This document shows positions 52,390 to 64,000 of a DNA stretch of 64,000 nucleotides, piece after piece. The stretch is from assembly GCF_025526975.1 (NCBI RefSeq), contig NW_026515672.1, positions 1 to 64,000 of the forward strand. Reading direction: 5' to 3'. The notes below the pieces were generated by a model. That model did no database searches. It had not been told where the DNA came from and worked only from the letters and a program-made list of their open reading frames with translations. Both the position numbers and the translations under genes were made by a program. This DNA comes from Fimicolochytrium jonesii. Lineage: Eukaryota. The first letter of the stretch is position 1. Every line of letters begins with the position of its first letter.

Positions 52390-52983
52390 TGTTATGGACG
52401 ACGCGTCCATACCATGCGCTTACCTCATGACAGCATCCCAACAGTCAGTCAATGTCAATTCCCTGTCAAAACCTGACATCTGCCAAACCTCGCAGCCGCA
52501 CGCAGCCGCGCTACCCCACACCTGCCACTGCCTTCATTTCTCCACGCAGCCGCACGTAGCCACACCTCCCAACACTCGGCGCTTACAAACCCTTCTCCAT
52601 ACTTCCCCACGTACCCGCCCACAGCCTCAGCGTAGCCACCCCATCCCCAGTCTTCTGTTTCCATACTTCCCCACGTACCCGCCCACAGCCTCAGCGTAGC
52701 CACCCCATCCCCAGTCTTCTGTTTCTATGCTTCCCCACCCTTGGCGCTTCTCTTGGCTTCCCTCTCATTCCGTACCCTTCTGCTTGCCCACGCTTCCCCA
52801 GCCTTCCCAGAAAAACATAAATAGCCGCCTCCCCTGAGCTCCCCACTTCCTGATCCCCCAGCAGATCAACACCAGTTCTTCCTAGTCTTGTTCTAGTTCT
52901 TGTTTCGGTCTGAATACCATTACCTGTCAACAACCTGCACCACAAGTCGCCTCTATTTCCGTCGGCTCCGCCCATTCTTAACA
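52390..52983 (+). repeat. LTR3 (594 bp)
   Basis: Near-identical to LTR2. Confidence 0.93.
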
Positions 52984-55900
52984 TACGCCTCCTGGGATGC
53001 CCTGCCAACAGAACCTAGCCCGAAGCCCTCAAAAACCCCTGAACCTCTGATCCGTATCCATCAAGACGAGATTTCAGTCTCCCTAGCCCAGACACCCAAC
53101 ACACTGGACCCAGCACCCACACCAATCCACGTATCGTTTATCAGCGCCCCAGCTTTCCGTGTGGCGGCAAGGCATGACCAGGCATTCATTGCCTACGCCA
53201 ATCCGACCAAGTCAGATTCCCAAGCCCTGGCGACCACTCCTCCAAAAGATCCGAAGGCCATCATTCCTGAAGAATACCAAGATTTTGCGGACGTCTTCGC
53301 CAAGAAGAACGCGGATACCCTCCCAGAGCACCGACCCTACGACTGTCCCATCGACGTGAGAAGAGGGCAAACAGCCACCGTTCGGCCCGATCTATAGTCT
53401 CAGCGAGCCTGAAATGAAGGCAGCTCTGTGACTACCTTGAAGAGAACCTAGCTAAGGGGTTCATCAAGCACTCCAAGTCTCCCGCCGGTGCCCCAGTCCT
53501 CTTTGTCAAGAAAAAGGACGGTTCCCTCCGTCTGTGCGTAGACTATCGTGGACTCAACAATATCACCATCAAGAATCGCTATCCCTTGCCCTTGATTAAC
53601 AGCATCATGGATCGTCTTCGAGGGGCACGCCAGCTCACCAAGATTGACCTCCGGGGAGCCTACAACCTTCTTCGGATCCGGCCAGGGGATGAATGGAAGA
53701 CAGCGTTCCGATGTCGCTACGGCCTATTCGAAGTATAATGTCATGCCGTTTGGGCTCACCAATGCCCCTGGAGTATTCCAACACCTCATGAACGACATAT
53801 TCCGTGACATTCTCGACGTTTTTGTTGTGGTCTACCTTGACGACATTCTGATCTTCTCAAAAAACCCAGAAGACCACCCCAACCACGTCCGAGAGGTGCT
53901 CTCACGACTCCGCCAGCACGGGCTGTATGCGAAACCGGAAAGATGCGAATTCAACCGTGACTCTGTTGAGTTCCTGGGGTTTATCATCTCCCAGCAAGGC
54001 ATTTCCATGGACCCAAAGAAGACGGCTGCCATTACCTGAATGGGAACCCCCGACGAATGTCAAAGGCATCCAGCGCTTCCTTGGTTTTGCCAACTTCTAC
54101 CGGCGATTCATCAAAGGGTACTCTGCGATCGTTGCACCCCTGACCACGCTCACTCGCAAAGACTTGCCATTCAAATGGACCCACGCTGCACACCTAGCTT
54201 TTGAAACCCTCAAGAACGCCTTCACCTCCGCACCTATCCTGACTCACCCCGACCCTGACAAGCCCTTCATTGTCGAATCCGATGCCTCCGACTTTGCCCT
54301 TGGCGCCGTCCTCCTTCAACCTGATGACACAGATCAACTCCACCCCGTGGCCTTTCACTCCCGCAAATTTACTCCTGAGGAAATCAACTATGAGATCTAC
54401 GACAAGGAACTCCTGGCTATCCAAGACTCATTTGCTCAATGGCGACACCACCTCATTGGTGCCCGCCACAAGGTTATCGTTTACTGTGACCACAAGAACC
54501 TCCAGTACTTCATGACTACCCGTACCCTCAACCGCCCGCCAATCCCGCTGGTCAATCTTCTTTGCTGATTTCGACTTTGTCATCACATACCGCCCTGGTA
54601 CCCAGCAACACCAAGCTGATGCCCTCTCTCGTCGCTCTGAATACGAGCTAAGGGAGGGGGAAGAAGCATTCCGCTCCCAGGAAACCACGATCCTCACCCC
54701 TGACCATCTCCGCCTGGCCGCCACTTATCTGACCCCACTGGACTCCTCGCTCCTTGACCAAATCAAAGCTGCCCTGGCATCCGATGTGTTTGCGCAAACC
54801 ATCCGGCGACAGCTTAGGGCCCCCATTGCCCAGCAATCTCAAGAAGACCAAGAACGGATAAAGCGATTCTCCGAGGAAAATGGGGTTCTGCTATACGACA
54901 ACCTTGTCTACGTCCCCACCAACAAGCTCCGTGCTGAGATCTGCCGGGACATGCATGACACGCGTTTGGCAGGACACTACGGCATGTCAAAGACCCTGGA
55001 GCTCATCTCACGCAACTACTGGTGGCCTAGCCAGTGGCGTTTTGTCAAGTCCTACATCAGGTCCTGCGACGTATGTGCTCAAGCCAAGACCAGCAGACAC
55101 AAGCCCTACGGTCTCCTCCAACCCCTGCAGATCCCTGACCGCCCCTGGGGGTCAATTTCCATGGACTTCATCACGGATCTACCCGCCAGTGATGGGGTTG
55201 ATTCTGTGCTCGTTGTCATCTGCCGGTTCACCAAGATGGCGCACTTTGTACCGTGCAGGAAAACTGCCACCGCTGAGTCAACTGCAGATCTGATCTGGCA
55301 CCATGTCATCCGGGTCCATGGACTCCCCGACGATATTGTATCTGACCGTGGCCCACAGTTCAACTCCCACTTCTGGAAACGTCTCTTCGCTCTCCTGGGA
55401 ACTAAGGTCAACCTCTCATCGGCGTTCCATCCCCAGAGCTGATGGACAAACCGAGCGGACCAATCAGATTCTTGAGCAATACCTTCGCTGCTTTTGCAAC
55501 TATCAACAAGATAACTGGAAGGAACTCTTGTCTTCTGCTGAGTTCTCTTACAATAACACCATCCACTCCGCCACCCAGACAACCCCCTTCTACGCCAACT
55601 ATGGGTTCCATCCTCGATTCAGTCTGGCTTCCGCCACCACAACCGAATCCCTTAATCCTGCAGCCGAAGCTCGTGCCAACCATCTCAAGGAAATCCATGA
55701 ACAGCTTGCCACTGAGCTCAAGGAGGCCCAAGGACGCATGAAGCGCTTTGCCGATGCTAAGAGGGCACCTGGCCCAGACATGAAACCCGGGGACAGTGTC
55801 TGGCTCTTACAGCGGAATCTCAAGACTCTCCGACCTTCCCAGAAACTTGATCACCGTAAGATTGGCCCCTTCACAATCACGGAGAAGATCAACTCGGTCA

Positions 55901-56253
55901 CATATCGCCTCAAGCTTCCCCCATCCTACAAAATTCACAACGTCTTCCATGTCTCCCTTCTTGAACCACGTTTCACCATTCTGGAGCGAACTGAGCCAGA
56001 ACCCACCCCACCAGAAGAAGTCGAAGGACAGGAGGAATGGATTGTGGAAGACATTCTTGACTCCCGTATTCGACGCACGCACCTTCAGTACCTCATCAAG
56101 TGGCAGGGTTGGCCAAGCTCGGAGAACACATGGGAGCCAGTGGAACACCTTGCCCGATGTCAAGAGCTTGTTGCCCAGTTCCACCAAAAGTACCCCGACA
56201 AACCCCGACCAAAGCCTGCCAACATCAAAACAACATCCGGACGCCGTGGCTAA
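52984..56253 (+). pseudogene. pol: Truncated pol unit B, frameshifted
   Basis: Same LTR-TACGCC junction as unit A. Confidence 0.9.
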
Positions 56254-56265
56254 AGGAGGGGGTGA

Positions 56266-56859
56266 TGTTATGGACGACGCGTCCATACCATGCGCTTACC
56301 TCATGACAGCATCCCAACAGTCAGTCAATGTCAATTCCCTGTCAAAACCTGACATCTGCCAAACCTCGCAGCCGCACGCAGCCGCGCTACCCCACACCTG
56401 CCACTGCCTTCATTTCTCCACGCAGCCGCACGTAGCCACACCTCCCAACACTCGGCGCTTACAAACCCTTCTCCATACTTCCCCACGTACCCGCCCACAG
56501 CCTCAGCGTAGCCACCCCATCCCCAGTCTTCTGTTTCCATACTTCCCCACGTACCCGCCCACAGCCTCAGCGTAGCCACCCCATCCCCAGTCTTCTGTTT
56601 CTATGCTTCCCCACCCTTGGCGCTTCTCTTGGCTTCCCTCTCATTCCGTACCCTTCTGCTTGCCCACGCTTCCCCAGCCTTCCCAGAAAAACATAAATAG
56701 CCGCCTCCCCTGAGCTCCCCACTTCCTGATCCCCCAGCAGATCAACACCAGTTCTTCCTAGTCTTGTTCTAGTTCTTGTTTCGGTCTGAATACCATTACC
56801 TGTCAACAACCTGCACCACAAGTCGCCTCTATTTCCGTCGGCTCCGCCCATTCTTAACA
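56266..56859 (+). repeat. LTR4 (594 bp)
   Basis: Near-identical to LTR2. Confidence 0.93.
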
Positions 56860-59800
56860 TACGCCTCCTGGGATGCCCTGCCAACAGAACCTAGCCCGAA
56901 GCCCTCAAAAACCCCTGAACCTCTGATCCGTATCCATCAAGACGAGATTTCAGTCTCCCTAGCCCAGACACCCAACACACTGGACCCAGCACCCACACCA
57001 ATCCACGTATCGTTTATCAGCGCCCCAGCTTTCCGTGTGGCGGCAAGGCATGACCAGGCATTCATTGCCTACGCCAATCCGACCAAGTCAGATTCCCAAG
57101 CCCTGGCGACCACTCCTCCAAAAGATCCGAAGGCCATCATTCCTGAAGAATACCAAGATTTTGCGGACGTCTTCGCCAAGAAGAACGCGGATACCCTCCC
57201 AGAGCACCGACCCTACGACTGTCCCATCGACGTAGAAGAGGGCAAACAGCCACCGTTCGGCCCGATCTATAGTCTCAGCGAGCCTGAAATGAAGGCGCTC
57301 TGTGACTACCTTGAAGAGAACCTAGCTAAGGGGTTCATCAAGCACTCCAAGTCTCCCGCCGGTGCCCCAGTCCTCTTTGTCAAGAAAAAGGACAGTTCCC
57401 TCCGTCTGTGCGTAGACTATCGTGGACTCAACAATATCACCATCAAGAATCGCTATCCCTTGCCCTTGATTAACAGCATCATGGATCGTCTTCGAGGGGC
57501 ACGCCGGCTCACCAAGATTGACCTCCCGGGAGCCTACAACCTTCTTCGGATCCGGCCAGGGGATGAATGGAAGACAGCGTTCCGATGTCGCTACGGCCTA
57601 TTCGAGTATAATGTCATGCCGTTTGGGCTCACCAATGCCCCTGGAGTATTCCAACACCTCATGAACGACATATTCCGTGACATTCTCGACGTTTTTGTTG
57701 TGGTCTACCTTGACGACATTCTGATCTTCTCAAAAAACCCAGAAGACCACCCCAACCACGTCCGAGAGGTGCTCTCACGACTCCGCCAGCACGGGCTGTA
57801 TGCGAAACCGGAAAAATGCGAATTCAACCGTGACTCTGTTGAGTTCCTGGGGTTTATCATCTCCAGCAAGGCATTTCCATGGACCCAAAGAAGACGGCTG
57901 CCATTACCGAATGGGAACCCCCAACGAATGTCAAAGGCATCCAGCGCTTCCTTGGTTTCGCCAACTTCTACCGGCGATTCATCAAAGGGTACTCTGCGAT
58001 CGTTGCACCCCTGACCACGCTCACTCGCAAAGACTTGCCCTTCAAATGGACCCACGCTGCACACCTAGCTTTTGAAACCCTCAAGAAAGCCTTCACCTCT
58101 GCACCTATCCTGACTCACCCCGACCCTGACAAGCCCTTCATTGTCGAATCCGATGCCTCCGACTTTGCCCTTGGCGCCGTCCTCCTTCAACCCGATGACA
58201 CAGATCAACTCCACCCCGTGGCCTTTCACTCCCGCAAATTTACTCCTGAGGAAATCAACTATGAGATCTACGACAAGGAACTCCTGGCTATCCAAGACTC
58301 ATTTGCTCAATGGCGACACCACCTCATTGGTGCCCGCCACAAGGTTATCGTTTACTGTGACCACAAGAACCTCCAGTACTTCATGACTACCCGTACCCTC
58401 AACCGCCGCCAATCCCGCTGGTCAATCTTCTTTGCTGATTTCGACTTTGTCATCACATACCGCCCTGGTACCCAGCAACACCAAGCTGACGCCCTCTCTC
58501 GTCGCTCTGAATACGAGCTAAGGGAGGGGGAAGAAGCATTCCGCTCCCAGGAAACCACGATCCTCACCCCTGACCATCTCCGCCTGGCCGCCACTTATCT
58601 GACCCCACTGGACTCCTCGCTCCTTGACCAAATCAAAGCTGCCCTGGCATCCGATGTGTTTGCGCAAACCATCCGGCGACAGCTTAGGGCCCCCATTGCC
58701 CAGCAATCTCAAGAAGACCAAGAACGGATAAAGCGATTCTCCGAGGAAAATGGGGTTCTGCTATACGACAACCTTGTCTACGTCCCCACCAACAAGCTCC
58801 GTGCTGAGATCTGCCGGGACATGCATGACACGTGTTTGGCAGGACACTACGGCATGTCAAAGACCCTGGAGCTCATCTCACGCAACTACTGGTGGCCTAG
58901 CCAGTGGCGTTTTGTCAAGTCCTACATCAGGTCCTGCGACGTATGTGCTCAAGCCAAGACCAGCAGACACAAGCCCTACGGTCTCCTCCAACCCCTGCAG
59001 ATCCCTGACCGCCCCTGGGGGTCAATTTCCATGGACTTCATCACGGATCTACCCGCCAGTGATGGGGTTGATTCTGTGCTCGTTGTCATCTGCCGGTTCA
59101 CCAAGATGGCGCACTTTGTACCGTGCAGGAAAACTGCCACCGCTGAGTCAACTGCAGATCTGATCTGGCACCATGTCATCCGGGTCCATGGACTCCCCGA
59201 CGATATTGTATCTGACCGTGGCCCACAGTTCAACTCCCACTTCTGGAAACGTCTCTTCGCTCTCCTGGGAACTAAGGTCAACCTCTCATCGGCGTTCCAT
59301 CCCCAGAGCTGATGGACAAACCGAGCGGACCAATCAGATTCTTGAGCAATACCTTCGCTGCTTTTGCAACTATCAACAAGATAACTGGAAGGAACTCTTG
59401 TCTTCTGCTGAGTTCTCTTACAATAACACCATCCACTCCGCCACCCAGACAACCCCCTTCTACGCCAACTATGGGTTCCATCCTCGATTCAGTCTGGCTT
59501 CCGCCACCACAACCGAATCCCTTAATCCTGCAGCCGAAGCTCGTGCCAACCATCTCAAGGAAATCCATGAACAGCTTGCCACTGAGCTCAAGGAGGCCCA
59601 AGGACGCATGAAGCGCTTTGCCGATGCTAAGAGGGCACCTGGCCCAGACATGAAACCCGGGGACAGTGTCTGGCTCTTACAGCGGAATCTCAAGACTCTC
59701 CGACCTTCCCAGAAACTTGATCACCGTAAGATTGGCCCCTTCACAATCACGGAGAAGATCAACTCGGTCACATATCGCCTCAAGCTTCCCCCATCCTACA

Positions 59801-60123
59801 AAATTCACAACGTCTTCCATGTCTCCCTTCTTGAACCACGTTTCACCATTCTGGAGCGAACTGAGCCAGAACCCACCCCACCAGAAGAAGTCGAAGGACA
59901 GGAGGAATGGATTGTGGAAGACATTCTTGACTCCCGTATTCGACGCACGCACCTTCAGTACCTCATCAAGTGGCAGGGTTGGCCAAGCTCGGAGAACACA
60001 TGGGAGCCAGTGGAACACCTTGCCCGATGTCAAGAGCTTGTTGCCCAGTTCCACCAAAAGTACCCCGACAAACCCCGACCAAAGCCTGCCAACATCAAAA
60101 CAACATCCGGACGCCGTGGCTAA
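56860..60123 (+). pseudogene. pol: Truncated pol unit C, frameshifted
   Basis: Same LTR-TACGCC junction as unit A. Confidence 0.9.
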
Positions 60124-60135
60124 AGGAGGGGGTGA

Positions 60136-60730
60136 TGTTATGGACGACGCGTCCATACCATGCGCTTACCTCATGACAGCATCCCAACAGTCAGTCAATG
60201 TCAATTCCCTGTCAAAACCTGACATCTGCCAAACCTCGCAGCCGCACGCAGCCGCGCTACCCCACACCTGCCACTGCCTTCATTTCTCCACGCAGCCGCA
60301 CGTAGCCACACCTCCCAACACTCGGCGCTTACAAACCCTTCTCCATACTTCCCCACGTACCCGCCCACAGCCTCAGCGTAGCCACCCCATCCCCAGTCTT
60401 CTGTTTCCATACTTCCCCACGTACCCGCCCACAGCCTCAGCGTAGCCACCCCATCCCCAGTCTTCTGTTTCTATGCTTCCCCACCCTTGGCGCTTCTCTT
60501 GGCTTCCCTCTCATTCCGTACCCTTCCTGCTTGCCCACGCTTCCCCAGCCTTCCCAGAAAAACATAAATAGCCGCCTCCCCTGAGCTCCCCACTTCCTGA
60601 TCCCCCAGCAGATCAACACCAGTTCTTCCTAGTCTTGTTCTAGTTCTTGTTTCGGTCTGAATACCATTACCTGTCAACAACCTGCACCACAAGTCGCCTC
60701 TATTTCCGTCGGCTCCGCCCATTCTTAACA
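60136..60730 (+). repeat. LTR5 (595 bp)
   Basis: LTR2 type; followed by PBS and gag. Confidence 0.93.
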
Positions 60731-60781
60731 GTTTGATCTGCTCAACAACCCCCAGCCGCTGTACCTCCACGCCAAATCACC

Positions 60782-61708
60782 ATGTCCGACGCCCTTCCCC
60801 TCACGGCCGAAGCCTGGCAAGCCATGTGCAATGCGATTGACGAACTTCGAGCGCAGAATACCACCCTACAAGCCGAACTAGCGCAAACCCAGACCACTGC
60901 CCCTGCCACCCACGCCCCCGAACCCAAAATCAGTCTCCCAGACAAATTTGATGGCACCCAAAGCAAGTTCCGTGGGTTCCTCAACCAGATCCGGCTCATG
61001 TTCGCCCTCCAACCCAGGCGCTACCCCAACGATCAGACCAAGATACGAACTATTGGCACCTACCTCACTGGCACCGCCCAGGCCTGGCTGGCGCCCCTTG
61101 TCGAACAAGACCATCATTCCCTTACGAACCTGGATGATTTCATCCAGCAAATGCAAGCAGTCTTTGGAGACAGCGACAGGATCCGCACGTCCGAAAACAA
61201 GCTCCAGAACCTTCGACAAACCCGTGCAGCAACAGAGTATGTAGCTGAATTCCGACAGCTGCAATGCGATGTGTTGTGGAATGACCAGGCATTGATTGCC
61301 ACCTTCCGTCGCGGCCTCAAAGAAGACGTCAAGGACTTAATGCTCACGATGCCCCCTACCGCCTCAATCGACACCGTGATGGAACAGGCCATCCAATGTG
61401 ACAACCGATTGTTTGAGCGCCGTCTAGAGCGAAGCAGGAACCGACAGCCATATGTGCCAGTTACCACTAGCCCCACCCTCATGAGCCCCGACAACCGCCC
61501 AGACGACCCTATGATCATTGACGCTGCTCGTCCGCGAGGACCCCTCACACCGCTAGAGCGCCAACACCGCATCACAAACAAACTTTGCCTCTACTGTGGT
61601 AAACCCGGCCACATAGCCAAACTCTGCCCGAACAAGATACGCACGGCGAATGTCGCGGTTAAGGAACCTGCACCCATCCAGGATTTTGCCCAAGTCCAGC
61701 TGCAGTAA
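60782..61708 (+). CDS. gag: Gag, last copy
   Basis: Nearly identical to 43751-44677. Confidence 0.93.
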   Translation: MSDALPLTAEAWQAMCNAIDELRAQNTTLQAELAQTQTTAPATHAPEPKISLPDKFDGTQSKFRGFLNQIRLMFALQPRRYPNDQTKIRTIGTYLTGTAQAWLAPLVEQDHHSLTNLDDFIQQMQAVFGDSDRIRTSENKLQNLRQTRAATEYVAEFRQLQCDVLWNDQALIATFRRGLKEDVKDLMLTMPPTASIDTVMEQAIQCDNRLFERRLERSRNRQPYVPVTTSPTLMSPDNRPDDPMIIDAARPRGPLTPLERQHRITNKLCLYCGKPGHIAKLCPNKIRTANVAVKEPAPIQDFAQVQLQ

Positions 61709-64000
61709 AGGCCGAGCAGCTGGGCAACACCTGTCCTGGGCCTTCTCACCACGCAAGTACTGCCAAGGGAGAAGCCACAAAACCTTGCTCCGATCCTGGC
61801 ATCTCCAGCAACACCCTTCTCCTGACCACCAACAATGTCAATCTCCTATCTGAGATACCCTCACCCATGCGGACTTTGGGCCCATCCTCACCATTCGAGT
61901 ACCCTGTTACCCTGCAGATATCGGCCCAGCGAGCTCCAGTTCAGCTTTCAGCACTACTCGACACCGGTGCGATGTCGTGCTTCATCGACGAAAGTTATGC
62001 CCGCAAGCACCGCATCCCACTGGTCAAGAAGGAGGACCCCATTGCGCTTGAACTGGTTGACGGACGTCCCAGCCATGCGGGCTCCATTACCCATCACACC
62101 CAACCTTTGGGCATGTGGGTCAACGACCATTTTGAGGAGGTGGTATTCCATGTGACATGTTCCCCGCATGCGCCAATCATCCTGGGGCTTCCCTGGTTTG
62201 AGCTCCATGATGTGGAGCTACATTGGAAGACTCGCACTCTTTCCGTCCGCTGCCATTGCGGTTTTAGGACAATACGCCTCCTGGGATGCCCTGCCAACAG
62301 AACCTAGCCCGAAGCCCTCAAGAACCCCTGAACCTCTGATCCGTATCCATCAAGACGAGATTTCAGTCTCCCTAGCCCAGACACCCAACACACTGGACCC
62401 AGCACCCACACCGATCCACGTATCGTTTATCAGCGCCCCAGCTTTCCGTGTGGCGGCAAGGCATGACCAGGCATTCATTGCCTACGCCAATCCGACCAAG
62501 TCAGATTCCCAAGCCCTGGCGACCACTCCTCCAAAAGATCCGAAGGCCATCATTCCTGAAGAATACCAGGATTTTGCGGACGTCTTCGCCAAGAAGAACG
62601 CGGATACCCTCCCAGAGCACCGACCCTACGACTGTCCCATCGACTTAGAAGAGGGCAAACAGCCACCGTTCGGCCCGATCTATAGTCTCAGCGAGCCTGA
62701 AATGCAGGCACTCTGTGACTACCTTGAAGAGAACCTAGCTAAGGGGTTCATCAAGCACTCCAAGTCTCCCGCCGGTGCCCCAGTCCTCTTTGTCAAGAAA
62801 AAGGACGGTTCCCTCCGTCTGTGCGTCGACTATCGTGGACTCAACAATATCACCATCAAGAATCGCTATCCCTTGCCCTTGATTAACAGCATCATGGATC
62901 GTCTTCGAGGGGCACGCCGGCTCACCAAGATTGACCTCCGGGGAGCCTACAACCTTCTTCGGATCCGGCCAGGGGATGAATGGAAGACAGCGTTCCGATG
63001 TCGCTACGGCCTATTCGAGTATAATGTCATGCCGTTTGGGCTCACCAATGCCCCTGGAGTATTCCAACACCTCATGAACGACATATTCCGTGACATTCTC
63101 GACGTTTTTGTTGTGGTCTACCTTGACGACATTCTGATCTTCTCAAAAAACCCAGAAGACCACCCCACCCACGTCCGAGAGGTGCTCTCACGACTCCGCC
63201 AGCACGGGCTGTATGCGAAACCGGAAAAATGCGACTTCAACCGTGACTCTGTTGAGTTCCTGGGGTTTATCATCTCCCAGCAAGGCATTTCCATGGACCC
63301 AAAGAAGACGGCTGCCACTACCGAATGGGAATCCCCCGACGAATGTCAAAGGCATCCAGCGCTTCCTTGGTTTTGCCAACTTCTACCGGCGATTCATCAA
63401 AGGGTACTCTGCGATCGTTGCACCCCTGACCACGCTCACTCGCAAAGACTTGCCATTCAAATGGACCCACGCTGCACACCTAGCTTTTGAAACCCTCAAG
63501 AAAGCCTTCACCTCCGCACCTATCCTGACTCACCCCGACCCTGACAAGCCCTTCATTGTCGAATCCGATGCCTCCGACTTTGCCCTTGGCGCCGTCCTCC
63601 TTCAACCCGATGACACAGATCAACTCCACCCCGTGGCCTTTCACTCCCGCAAATTTACTCCTGAGGAAATCAACTATGAGATCTACGACAAGGAACTCCT
63701 GGCTATCCAAGACTCATTTGCTCAATGGCGACACCACCTCATTGGTGCCCGCCACAAGGTCATCGTTTACTGTGACCACAAGAACCTCCAGTACTTCATG
63801 ACTACCCGTACCCTCAACCGCCGCCAATCCCGCTGGTCAATCTTCTTTGCTGATTTCGACTTTGTCATCACATACCGCCCTGGTACCCAGCAACACCAAG
63901 CTGACGCCCTCTCTCGTCGCTCTGAATACGAGCTAAGGGAGGGGGAAGAAGCATTCCGCTCCCAGGAAACCACGATCCTCACCCCTGACCATCTCCGCCT
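61663..64000 (+). pseudogene. pol: Pol, last copy, partial, with single-base insertions near 62265 and 63331
   Basis: PR, RT (YLDD intact) and RNase H; runs off the window. Confidence 0.88.

Larger units (their letters stand above)
43170..64000 (+). mobile_element. Tandem array of a Ty3/Gypsy chromovirus LTR retrotransposon with shared LTRs; continues past window end
   Basis: Five LTRs separated by gag-pol or truncated pol; domain order PR-RT-RH-IN-chromodomain. Confidence 0.97.

Noticed and set aside
49790..63340. Many single-base indels in the pol copies as programmed frameshifts
   Set aside because: Most are private to one copy, typical of long-read errors in unpolished repeats; only the insertion at 55440 and 59310 is shared.

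Overview
Eukaryotic, intron-rich, GC-rich fungal DNA, most consistent with a chytrid (inference from gene content and a close SpuFz1-type Fanzor). Bases 1-34.8 kb are host genes: F-box protein, cyclophilin E, Cks1, a SIR2_2-type protein, fumarylacetoacetase, Ufd2, JTB-like, a TKL kinase with C1 domain, BCL7-like, RING-H2 ligase, homoisocitrate dehydrogenase, BTB protein, APH-type kinase, DGAT2, a Q-salvage-like protein and a membrane protein. From about 34.9 kb it is a transposon-rich island. The main finding is a 7-exon Fanzor1 gene (RNA-guided TnpB-derived nuclease) on the minus strand at 35189-38387. Its RuvC triad and zinc finger are intact, but it has one premature TGA and one frameshift. 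A structured non-coding region (candidate omegaRNA) lies just downstream. Next come a divergent Cys/His-rich gene, an inverted repeat, a decayed Harbinger-type Myb/SANT gene and another decayed ORF. Bases 43170 to the end are a tandem array of a Ty3/Gypsy chromovirus with shared LTRs: one full copy, three copies lacking gag and protease, then another copy running off the window. Exon structures were reconstructed by hand and family calls rest on motif recognition, not database searches.
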